DNA from: a virus
Lineage: Duplodnaviria; Caudoviricetes
DNA length: 57,495 nucleotides
Reading direction: 5' to 3' (one strand)
Virus record (IMG/VR): IMGVR_UViG_3300007344_000034
Span: 1-57,495 of that record
Under the pieces are notes generated by a model that saw nothing but the letters and a program-made list of their open reading frames with translations, was not told the DNA's origin and did not search any database. The translations under genes and the position numbers were made by a program. Shown here piece by piece: positions 33,504 to 43,700 of the stretch; position 1 is the first letter of the stretch, and each line of letters begins with the position of its first letter.

Positions 33504-34409
33504 ATGAGCAATCAAGTCTCAATTTTTGAAAACAATACTGGCGTAACAGTATCAACTCCACGTAAGGGTGCATTGGGCGATGTGTTCGCTCCAGCCCCTA
33601 CAGTCCCTAATACTCGTCGTATACAGGCGCGTAACAATGGTGACTTTGTTCGGTATATTAACGGGCAACAAGCTGGGGATTCTGTGCGCGACGCGCTAAA
33701 TGTAATCATCGTAGGGGCGCTTAAAGAAATATCCCGTGAATACTACAGCTCAGCTTTCGATCCGGATAGTCCATCACTACCAGATTGTTGGGCTAATCAA
33801 GGTGATTCCCCAGAAGATGGCTGTAGTAACCCGCAAGCAAGCTCCTGCGCCTCCTGCCCTCAAAATATAAAAGGCTCAGGCGGCGGTGAGCGTCGTGCAT
33901 GTAAGTTCCAACGCCGGATTGCTGTGATGGTTGAGGGTGACCCCAAAGGCACTGTGTATCAACTAAAAATCCCCGGTGGTTCTTTGTTCGGCAAGGGCAC
34001 TGGTAACACACACCCGTTTGAGAGCTACACTAAGTTTCTTGCTGGTAACGGAGAATCTCCAGACACAGTTGTAACGCAGATACTGCACGACCCTAACAAT
34101 ACGGGGCAGACCTACGTGCTAAAGTTTAAGCCGATCCGTCAGGTATCGGATGAAGAGTACGAGCTAGTCCTTGCGGCACAGAAGAACCCCGATACAGAAA
34201 TGTATACGAAAATCACTACAGCGCAGACAGATCAAGTCACTGCTTTGCCGCCTAGTGCTCCGGAACAGTCCGCATTTGTTGAAGAGCCAGAGGAAGAGCC
34301 AGTAGTAGAAGAAGCGAAGCCAGCTAAGCGTCAGGCTAAAAAAGCTGAACCTAAACCAGAAAACAGCAAACTCGCTGATGTATTGAGTACATGGGGCGAT
34401 GAAGGCTAA
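33504..34409 (+). CDS. Putative ssDNA-binding/annealing protein with Zn site
   Basis: Start ATG 33504; PDCW, CASCPQNIKGSG, RACKF; acidic/Lys tail ending in W-acidic residues. Confidence 0.7.
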   Translation: MSNQVSIFENNTGVTVSTPRKGALGDVFAPAPTVPNTRRIQARNNGDFVRYINGQQAGDSVRDALNVIIVGALKEISREYYSSAFDPDSPSLPDCWANQGDSPEDGCSNPQASSCASCPQNIKGSGGGERRACKFQRRIAVMVEGDPKGTVYQLKIPGGSLFGKGTGNTHPFESYTKFLAGNGESPDTVVTQILHDPNNTGQTYVLKFKPIRQVSDEEYELVLAAQKNPDTEMYTKITTAQTDQVTALPPSAPEQSAFVEEPEEEPVVEEAKPAKRQAKKAEPKPENSKLADVLSTWGDEG

Positions 34410-34645
34410 TGAGCTATGGCTACAGCAATAGGCTTATCGAGCTGAATAAAAAAGCTGATGGCAACTCGCTGGGCGTACAACTGGGGCGGCTCTGCATCGA
34501 ACGCGATGTACCCGTCTCGGACGTAGCAGTCCATCTAGGTGTAACACGGCAAACTGTATACAACTGGTTCTGTGGGGCTAACGCTCCACGTGCCAAGTTA
34601 CTACAGATAAAAGAAATAATAAGCTCACTAGCCGCTGACAAATAA
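34409..34645 (+). CDS. XRE/Cro-like HTH regulator
   Basis: VSDVAVHLGVTRQTVYNWFCG. Confidence 0.85.
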   Translation: MSYGYSNRLIELNKKADGNSLGVQLGRLCIERDVPVSDVAVHLGVTRQTVYNWFCGANAPRAKLLQIKEIISSLAADK

Positions 34646-34669
34646 AATTACACAGCAAGGGATTTAGGG

Positions 34670-37504
34670 ATGACATTCGACCTACTACGCTCAGTGCAGC
34701 CTGAAGAAGGCTGGTTCTGCGCTTTCGGTATAAAGGGGAGTAGCATTGTACAAAAACTTGTACAAACCCGCGAAGAGCTAGACGAAATATCAGAACAGTT
34801 TGTGGCTGATAAATATAATGCTTTCTTTGCGGTAGCTAAGTTTCAAACAGACGTAGACCGGAAAAAAGATAATGTACGGGCTTTAAAAGCCTTCTGGTTG
34901 GACATTGATTGTGGTCCTACCAAGGCAGAGGTTAACAAGAAAACAGGCCGCCCTGACGGCTATATAGATCAAGATGCTGGGCTAGCGGCGTTAGAAGAGT
35001 TTCGTGAGTTAGTTGGACTTCCTGAACCTATACTCGTTAACTCTGGCCGTGGTATCCACGTTTATTGGGCACTGACTGAAGAAGTAACCAGAGAGCAGTG
35101 GGAGCCAGTCGCACACCGCCTACGTGAGCTGTGCTTTACGCATGAGCTATATGTAGACTCTGCGGTGTTTGAAGTTGCGCGTGTACTTAGGGTGCCCGGT
35201 ACGTATAACTTTAAAGATGATCCAGCTAAGCCAGTATCTGTAATTCAAGAAGCTAATGCTATAGATTTCAATGAGTTACGAGACATACTTGGTGTAGAAG
35301 ATAAAGTTGAGACCGCACCAAAACGTGAGTTAACTGCGCTAGGCCAGCAGTTTGCGGATTCAGCAACTAACAGCTTCAAAAAGATTTTAGAGCGTAGCGC
35401 TAAAGGCAACGGGTGCCCGCAGATACTAGCCTGTTACGAAGAACAGCAAACGCTAGCGGAACCTAGATGGTTCAATGCGTTATCAATAGCTAAGTTCTGC
35501 AAGGACTCGTCCAAAGCGATACACGTACTGTCTTCTGAATACCCCGGTTACAACTATAATGAAGTAGAACACAAGATACAGCACATAGTTGGGCCACATA
35601 CTTGCGAAAAGTTTGAAGCGAATAACCCCGGTGGGTGCGACGATTGTCCGTTCAAAGGCCAGATTAAAAGTCCTATCGTGCTTGGCCGTGAGATAGAACG
35701 TGCCTCCGAAGCGGACAGTATAATTTCTTATGAAGAAGACGGTGTAGCGGAAGTATACAAAATACCAGAATACCCGTTTCCATTTTTCCGTGGTAAAGGC
35801 GGCGGTATATGGCATCAGTCTGATAGCGATGAAGTCGAGCCTACTCTGGTGTACGAGCACGACTTGTATCTGCTCAAACGTATGAAAGACCCTGTTAAGA
35901 AAGATGTCGCCGTGTTTAAACTGCACACTCCGCATGACGGTATCATTGAATTTATTATTCCAAATTACCAACTAACAGAACCTAGAGAAGTCAGAAAGCT
36001 ATTGGCGGAACAAGGCGTACTGTGCGGGAACACTAAAAAAAGTGAGTTACTGAGTTGGTACATCATTGCATCTGTACGCGAGATGCAAACACGAGAGAAG
36101 GCGGAGAAGATGAGATTACAGTTTGGATGGGCTGATAATGACAGCAAATTTATTATTGGGGATAGGGAGATAACTCCAGACGGTGTGTTTCACACGCCTC
36201 CGTCTCCGTCAATGGAATCGTTTGTGGAGAATATGCAGAAGGCCGGTTCATTTGACAAATGGAAAGAGATCTTTGCGATATACAGTCGAAAAGGACTAGA
36301 GCCGCAAGCGTTCGCCACACTTAGTGCTTTCGGTGCGCCGATTTTCAAATACACAGGCCAGCAAGGGGCTTTGATTAGCTTAGTAGCAGAAGGCTCTGGC
36401 GATGGTAAATCTACAGTGTTGTACATGCAGAACAGCGTATGGGGGCACCCAAGGGCTTTAACTGCGCTCAAAGAAGACACAATGAACGCCAAGTTTATGC
36501 GCTTAGGTATCCATAACAATCTACCTGTAACGATGGACGAAATGACTGAGTGTGCTCCGCAAGAAGTGTCGCACCTAGCTTATGGTGTATCACAAGGTAA
36601 AGGTAAGGAGCGTATGAAGCAGTCAGGTAACGAGCTACGTAAGAACCTGACCAGTTGGTGTACTTTGGTAACGACTTCTGCAAATAGCTCTTTCTACGAA
36701 TCTCTTGCGTCTGTTAAGAACCGCCCGGAAGCGGAAATGATGCGGATCATAGAATATAAGATACCGACCGACGAAGAGATCAAGAACGACGTAGCTTTGA
36801 AGTTTATGTTTGATACAGATCTACTAGAAAACTACGGTCACGCTGGCGACATATACGCCGAATACCTTGTGAATAACTTAGAAGAAGTAAAAGAAGCTGT
36901 TCGGTCAATCCAAATGCGTGCGGATAGGCAGTTTAAAATTACACAGAAGGAACGTTTTTGGTCCGCGATCATCGCAGCAAACATAACAGGCGGCATAATT
37001 GCTAGGCGGTTAGGGCTTATCAACTGGGATATACAACGTATATATCAGTGGTGCGGTTCAGTAATGCTTCCAGAACTACGTGAGGATGTACGCACACCAG
37101 TTGACGACAGCGTAGCGACCGTTGGTGATTTTATTAACCGGCATATGCAAAACATTTTGGTAGTGAATGATGAGGTGGATTCTCGTTCCAACATGCCGAC
37201 CCTGCCTCTCATGGAGCCTAGAGGCAATCTTCTTATACGGTACGAGCCTGACACCAAATTGATGTACATATCTGCTAAGGCGTTCAAAGAGGACTGTGTT
37301 AAGTACCGCTTGAACTACAAAGGCGTCCTTAAAGACCTTACTAAAAAGGGCATACTGAAAGATACGATATACAAGCGTATGTCTAAAGGCATGAAAGTAT
37401 CTTCTCCGGCTACGCGAGCAATGCTACTAGATTGCGATAATAGCGAGTTCTTAGATGTAGAGAGCATGTTTGAGGAGTCGGTAAATGCTGGTGGAGAAAG
37501 TTAG
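34670..37504 (+). CDS. Primase-helicase (AEP-like primase, Cys-cluster domain, DUF927 helicase)
   Basis: WLDID, NSGRGIHVYW, RVLRVPGT; GPHTC...CDDCP; Walker A GSGDGKST; Walker B MDEM. Confidence 0.88.
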   Translation: MTFDLLRSVQPEEGWFCAFGIKGSSIVQKLVQTREELDEISEQFVADKYNAFFAVAKFQTDVDRKKDNVRALKAFWLDIDCGPTKAEVNKKTGRPDGYIDQDAGLAALEEFRELVGLPEPILVNSGRGIHVYWALTEEVTREQWEPVAHRLRELCFTHELYVDSAVFEVARVLRVPGTYNFKDDPAKPVSVIQEANAIDFNELRDILGVEDKVETAPKRELTALGQQFADSATNSFKKILERSAKGNGCPQILACYEEQQTLAEPRWFNALSIAKFCKDSSKAIHVLSSEYPGYNYNEVEHKIQHIVGPHTCEKFEANNPGGCDDCPFKGQIKSPIVLGREIERASEADSIISYEEDGVAEVYKIPEYPFPFFRGKGGGIWHQSDSDEVEPTLVYEHDLYLLKRMKDPVKKDVAVFKLHTPHDGIIEFIIPNYQLTEPREVRKLLAEQGVLCGNTKKSELLSWYIIASVREMQTREKAEKMRLQFGWADNDSKFIIGDREITPDGVFHTPPSPSMESFVENMQKAGSFDKWKEIFAIYSRKGLEPQAFATLSAFGAPIFKYTGQQGALISLVAEGSGDGKSTVLYMQNSVWGHPRALTALKEDTMNAKFMRLGIHNNLPVTMDEMTECAPQEVSHLAYGVSQGKGKERMKQSGNELRKNLTSWCTLVTTSANSSFYESLASVKNRPEAEMMRIIEYKIPTDEEIKNDVALKFMFDTDLLENYGHAGDIYAEYLVNNLEEVKEAVRSIQMRADRQFKITQKERFWSAIIAANITGGIIARRLGLINWDIQRIYQWCGSVMLPELREDVRTPVDDSVATVGDFINRHMQNILVVNDEVDSRSNMPTLPLMEPRGNLLIRYEPDTKLMYISAKAFKEDCVKYRLNYKGVLKDLTKKGILKDTIYKRMSKGMKVSSPATRAMLLDCDNSEFLDVESMFEESVNAGGES

Positions 37505-37679
37505 CTACGATGTTAACTGGCGTAATTTTAAACGAGGGTATTCGTTTTTTATACCCTGTTTAGACCCAAAGTCGGCACGAGATGAAATAAAAGCGGTCAC
37601 TAACCGCTTTAAATACAAGATTTTAACAAAAGTCGTTATCGAAGAAGGAGTTAGGGGTTTACGTGTGTGGCGGCTTTAG
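37485..37679 (+). CDS. Small conserved protein, possibly DNA-binding
   Basis: VNWRNFKRGYSFFIPC...GVRGLRVWRL; GAGGAG RBS. Confidence 0.75.
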   Translation: MLVEKVSYDVNWRNFKRGYSFFIPCLDPKSARDEIKAVTNRFKYKILTKVVIEEGVRGLRVWRL

Positions 37680-37692
37680 TATACAGTTTACT

Positions 37693-37787
37693 CACGAAAC
37701 TTGAGGCAGTGTTCACTGTTGCTTTTTCGTGGTTACCTCTAAGGGTTGACTCCCTAAGCTGTGCCCCGCCTTGTGCGGGGTTTTTTT
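37693..37787 (+). ncRNA. Candidate trans-acting anti-RBS small RNA (~95 nt)
   Basis: Promoter-like TTTACG-18-TACAGT (37658-37687); 5' stem CACGAAA/TTTCGTG; unpaired GTTACCTCT; hairpin AGGG-TTGACT-CCCT; terminator. Seed is complementary to the RBS of plus-strand genes. Confidence 0.65.
37764..37787 (+). terminator. Rho-independent terminator at the convergence point
   Basis: CCCCGC-CTTGT-GCGGGG followed by T7, overlapping the stop codon of 37786..45021. Confidence 0.88.
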
Positions 37788-40700
37788 AATAGAACGAATA
37801 GTCCATACGACTCATGTTAATGGCGTCCCGCATTATTGGACTAATAGATACCCCATCAAACATTTCTGCAGAAGCCTTAATATGCTGCTTCATTGATTTA
37901 TCTAAGGTCTCCCCATCTATCGCTGCGTATGGATGCCGGTCGTTGTAGTCTAGTATTTCGTCTATAGCATCTGACATAGCGTCTAGATCCCCCGCACGAG
38001 CCGCGATGTAATACTTACGTAACAGCTTAGTACGTGTTGTGGTAACGGCTTTTTCTATGCGCTTATCCCGCAAATTACGTTCTTGCCGCGCTGTGTATTC
38101 AGCAGGTGGGAAGCCAAGAAGCTGAGCAGCTAGTTCACCGTGCGTCATGTCAGCATAAATGGGGTCGCCCCGACGAGTATATATACCGTCATCTTTTTGG
38201 TAACGCCCTATGGGCATAGCTTTGTAAGCATTTGATATAGCAGCGGGTAGCATATTTTCTATACCGCGTTCGATATTGCCCTCTTGGAGATCAGCCACCC
38301 CACGTGCGAACCGCTTACCCACACTTAGAGCAGGGCCACCCAGATAGAACAATAAATTTTCTTCTGGAGACGCATTAGTGTTGTATCTATTCTCTTGGAT
38401 AACAAGTCCTGTTAGCCGTACGCGACTAGCTACATCAAGCCCAGTAAGTTCGTTTAGTGGGCCTTTGAAATAAAATTCACCTATAGCTTTACGCACTACG
38501 GTGTCAAAATCATCTTCGTCTTCGTCAGCAAATGTGTTGTACGCAAGTGCTATGGCTCCGTATATAGGGATACCGTATACCCCTGCAAACAAAGCTGCCG
38601 ATCCATGCAAACCTACCAATTGCTTAAACGCCACGTTACGTTTTCGTTTAGTTTCCGCATCGGAACCCGGATACATGCCTTTCAGTAGGTCGCGTAAGGC
38701 CATAAACATCGTGGTATACATACGCACGCCGAAGCCTTTGTACATACCCGCTACACGCCCCACGTTTTGATTTGTATAACGCATGCCGGTTTCGATGACA
38801 GTTCCACCGTTAACCATTTGAGTTTTTTCGATAGCTTCTTCAATAGCTCGTTTTTTCACTACAGAGTCAGCCAGTTTACGATCTGCGGGACGAGCGTCGT
38901 TTAATTTCTTCTGGCGTTCAATAGCCATTTGATAAATAGCCATCAGCGTAACTTGACGGTTAAATCTTTCGCCGTGGTTGAACATAAACGCACTGAGTCC
39001 GGTAATCGTATCCAGTAGGTTCTTCTGCTCCCCCAGTGCTATAACGTCTGCTATGTAAGTCTGGTTTAACAAACCACGCCCGGAGGCTTCTTGAACTACA
39101 GGCGCTAGTTCCTCTAACAGCGCTCTCTGCCTAGCATCGGTTACAGTATCCATTACTGCAAAGTTACCTTGCTCATCTAGGGTGTAGTAGCTTTCTATAT
39201 TGTTTTTGAACACCCCTACTTGGTTCATAGCCTTACGTATAGCACCATATGCATTAGTGTATCCGTAGTCTGCCCCCAGATAAGGGAATGCAAACAACGG
39301 CACTTGTGACATATTCACCAAATAAGAAGACACGTTAAACCCGATAGTGAATAAGAAAGCGGACTGGTTAAGAGTCTTAGCTATTTCTTCTGCGCCCTTA
39401 AATCTTGCGCCTTCTCTAGCAAAGTTAATACGATCATTAAGCTCTCGGGTTACAACCCGTATAGAATCGTGATACTTTCTTTGCGCTCTTCTAGGGTTAC
39501 GTGACCCCGCTATTTCGATCATGCGCTGCATATACTCTACGGTAAGATTATTAGCCCGAGCTATGTCGTACAACGTAGAATTAGGGTTTCTTTCTATTAA
39601 GGCTTGCACTTGTTGATAAGTAGGTAGCGCAAAATTGTTTATAGTATTTTGATAAGCATTTAGCTCTTTAACCGCTTGCATACGCACGACTTGGCGCCCG
39701 AACTCAAAGGCGCGATTTTTAAGCGCTAGCAGTGAATTTGCTTCATAACCTAGTGTTCCCTTACGTTTTTGTAAGGACCGCGCAATAGCTGTTTGCGGTA
39801 GAGCATTTACAAATGTACGCAATACCTGTTCGCGCAAAGCTCTACCAGCCTCACCGCTGGTCTCTGGGTTGTTATTTAACGCTGTAAGCAAGGCGTTAAC
39901 AAAAGAAGATGGTGGGGACTCTTTAGCTACTTGCTCCATAGACCCAGAATCATCGGTACTAAAGGACTCGTTAATCACCGTTGGGTCGTTTGAAAGCTCT
40001 AATATAGCTCGTTCACGTTGTTTGTCAGTTTCAAAAAACCTTACAACATAGGGTTCCACACCTCTTTCGACTGAATTAGGGTCTAGATTGTAGGAAAGCA
40101 TGAACTTACCTACACGTTCTAATGGAAAGTAAACTTCTAACGTGTCTTGCTCGGCTAGTAACCTACTTATGAGCGTCTGCCGTACGCTAGCATCTTGGTC
40201 ACCGGGCATTATGTCTTTGAAAGTGGCTTGTATTATTTCCAACATTGATTTGCGTTGGTCAGAATAAAACTTGCGTAACCGGTTAAACATCTGTTGTCCG
40301 TTTACACCGCCTTTACCTACATCTCTGCCTATTTGATTCCATACTCGTTGCAAGTCATCCCATACATCGCCTAAATCTGTTACGTCATCCTTTGCCAGTT
40401 TCCCAGCATATTCAGACCTAGGTTTATTGGGGTCTATTTGGAAGATAGTTGCGCCAAATTCGCTGCTGTAAACAACAGCGTTAAATCTAGCTTCCGCCTG
40501 TGGGCCTACAGAATCAAACCACTCAGCAAGATTATCTACTTCGTCCTGAACTGCTTGATCTGATTTAACAAGCCTAGCGCGTTGAGTTTCAATGGAGCGC
40601 TGTACTTTAAACCCGGTCCTACCCATACCAAGCGCTTCGTATATTTGACTAACTGTAAGTAAATCAGCGGCACCAAGTAGTGTGCGTTGAGCAAACAGTC

Positions 40701-43700
40701 TAAAAGGCGAGCCCAAGAAACTAAGTATTTTATCAAGTAAGGACGCACGGTCTTTCTCAGATGCTTTCCTGCGCTGGTTAATCGCCATGTGTTTAAAGAT
40801 TTTTTTAACGCCACCACGATCACTGTTTAAGTACGCTGGAGCACCGCTTGCAGAATACGGAGCGGGGTCAATTATTGAGTCAATTAAGGTGTCTATTTCC
40901 GCTACTGTGGCTTCTGATCCTTTAGGTTCCAGCCCCATAACTCTACGTAATAGATTACGTATAGCTCGTATTATTTCTCTAGCCGCAGAAACCCGCTGTC
41001 CTTTAGCTGTAAGTCGCGCTACTTCTTTTCTAAACTCAACGTTGGATTTGAACTCAGCCACAAACTCTTCTAAAGATTGTGCGCCATAAGCGGTGCTTAG
41101 ACGGTTTTTCAAGCTGTCATATATAGTCCGTAGCCGCTTAACATGAATACTACCGGGCTTATTACGTATGGTGTCTAAGGTAATAGCATGGCCCATCTCA
41201 TGCATGATTGCATGAGCGGTAACACCCTCATCTGGGTTAATGCTAATAGTATTGGTGGTAGGATCAAATTTACCCGGTACAGGCTTGCCTTTAGCGTCAA
41301 CTAGCCCCGGAGTTAATTGTATTTTTGTAGTCCCTACATTCTCCATAAATTTACGGATTGTGCGGGCAAGCATTTTATTTGGTGTGCTTTGTTGCAACAA
41401 ATCTAACGTAAGCCTTAGATCTCCAGCTTTCAATGCTTGATACACGCTTGGGGGCACAAGCGCCTCAGATGCCATCAAAGCGTTGTATTCCAAATACACT
41501 TCAATTCCGTTGTCTGCTAATACGTCTTCAATAGCTTCAAAGTCATCATCAATAGGGCCAAACGTATCTCTAGCCTCTTTAATTAGCTGGTCCGTTTGTT
41601 CATCGGAAAACGCAGCTACGTCAATTTCGCCATCTCTCTTCTGTTGCTCTAGCTCTTTTATGACATCTTCTTCTTTTATTAAATCAATCTCTGAGGCTTC
41701 TACACGCTCGGCTCGGCTTAGAGGTTGGCCGTCTTTAGCCTCTACTTTTTTATACCGCCCCAGTGCACGTTGCTCTCTTATTACGTCTCGTATTTCATCA
41801 GTCTCAAAAGCGCGGGTAATAGCTAAGTCGCCGCCGTATATAGTAACCACATCAGCAAAAGAAGGCTCCCCTGCTAGCTTAACGGTGTCGTTAAGCACGA
41901 TAGCTACAGCCAAATCATTGAGTCCTTCCAAGAAGCCACCACGAGCTAGCTGGCTAGTAAGCAAGTTTTTACGTTCGTTCTTGCTAGCTACTGGAGTTTT
42001 AGCGCCTAGTTGCTTACGTAAGTTTTCAGTTTCTTTATTAAGCTCAACTACTCCTTCTGCTGCTAGCCTAGCGTCTTCTATACGACGCTGTTCCACATGA
42101 TCTACAGCTTCTGCTGCTGCGTTAGGCTTAATAAACGCATCAGGGTCCATATTCATGTTGTTGTAAGCAGCGAGAATAGTTAGGCGGCTGCGACGCCATG
42201 CCGCTAAACGCTCAGAAAGTAGGTTCCTAACTTCTTTACTTCCGTATTGGCGTAAATACTTAGCAGCGGCGAGTGCTGTGGGCCGATGGTATAGCCCTCT
42301 GTTAATTTCTCGCGCTTCAAAATACTGTTCACTTTCGCCTAATTCTCTACGCGCTTGATCCTGTAATTTTTGAGATATTTTACCTTCAGGTTTTCCAAGG
42401 TGCTCCCTTACCTGCGCTAAGCTAATTGTTGGTTGGGCTACCTGATCGGTGTATACGGGAGCAGGAGCTTTACCTTCTTCATATTTTACTTTCTTACTTA
42501 ACGGATAAACTATGTCGTATGCGATGTAGTTAATTACATCTTCAGGACGATCTGACTTAGACGCATAGATACGCAGAGCATTGTAAGGATTTAACTTAGC
42601 ATCGTTAGCGTCTGGGTAACCGCCGTTTCTTGCGTTGTCTATTACTTCTGTGTCTGCTTCTGATAGGGCATCGGGGACTACATTTGCGTTTTCTAGCTGT
42701 TCAGATTTATCTTTGCCTAACGCTTTTTGTTCGGCGCGTAGCCGATTCGCTATTTCGTTAGTACGTTTTAAGCTAGCGCCGCTTTGAGAAAGCCTTTCTT
42801 GTTGCCCTTCTCTAGCTTCAGTTTGTAAAACATCTAAATCTTGCGTAGCGTTATCAAGCGCAACTTTTTCTGCGGACTCTTGTAAATAGCTAGCCGCTTC
42901 ACTATCTAGTTGTTCAGGAGTAAGGCTGGGTTGTAGTCTTTGTATTAAACGTCTGGCTTCTCTGGCAGCGGTGTTGTATTTACTCGCCGCCACTTGTTTT
43001 TTCTGACGAGCGTAGCTAACAAGCCCCTCAATGTTGGCTATACGTTGATTTTCCGGAGTAGTCTCTTCTTCCGGCGCTAGACCTAATGCGGCTTTTTCCG
43101 CGTTTGGGTCAGTAGTGTCTTTAAACTTAATTTTAGACGCTTTAGCTTTTTCTTCTGCTTGCAGTTCTTTAAACTCAGGACTGTTAACAACGTCATCCAG
43201 CTCGCCTTCCCGCGCTAGATTATCAACCACATTCTGTTCTAGCAGTGCCTGCGCTTCTTCAACAGTTTGGCCAGTTTCTTCTGCATATTCAGCAAGTTTT
43301 TTAGGATCGTTTAGCAGTTCGCGGCGTTTGTCTTGCTCTTCTTTTACACTCTGCTGCTCAGCTAACACTCCACGAGCAGTTTGAGTACGAGTCGTTTCTA
43401 CCGTAGTCTCACCTTCTGGCGTAGTCCGCTCAATTGTAGTTTCAGTAGTTTTTGGTTGCTCTCGCTGTGCTTCAGCGTCTTGTTCCTGTTGTGAACGCTC
43501 TTGCTCAAGCAACGCTTCTAAATCGGAAACCCTCGCTGCTTCTTCCGCTGTCTTTTCTGCTGTTATTTTTTTCTCAGCTTCTTTTGTTCGCACTCTCGCT
43601 TCTTCTACGCCCGCGATAGCGTTGTCAAGTTTTGCCTTTAACTCAGGCTGCGCTTCAGCTACCTGTAGCTCCGCTTCTTCAGGAGACAAATTTTGGTCAA

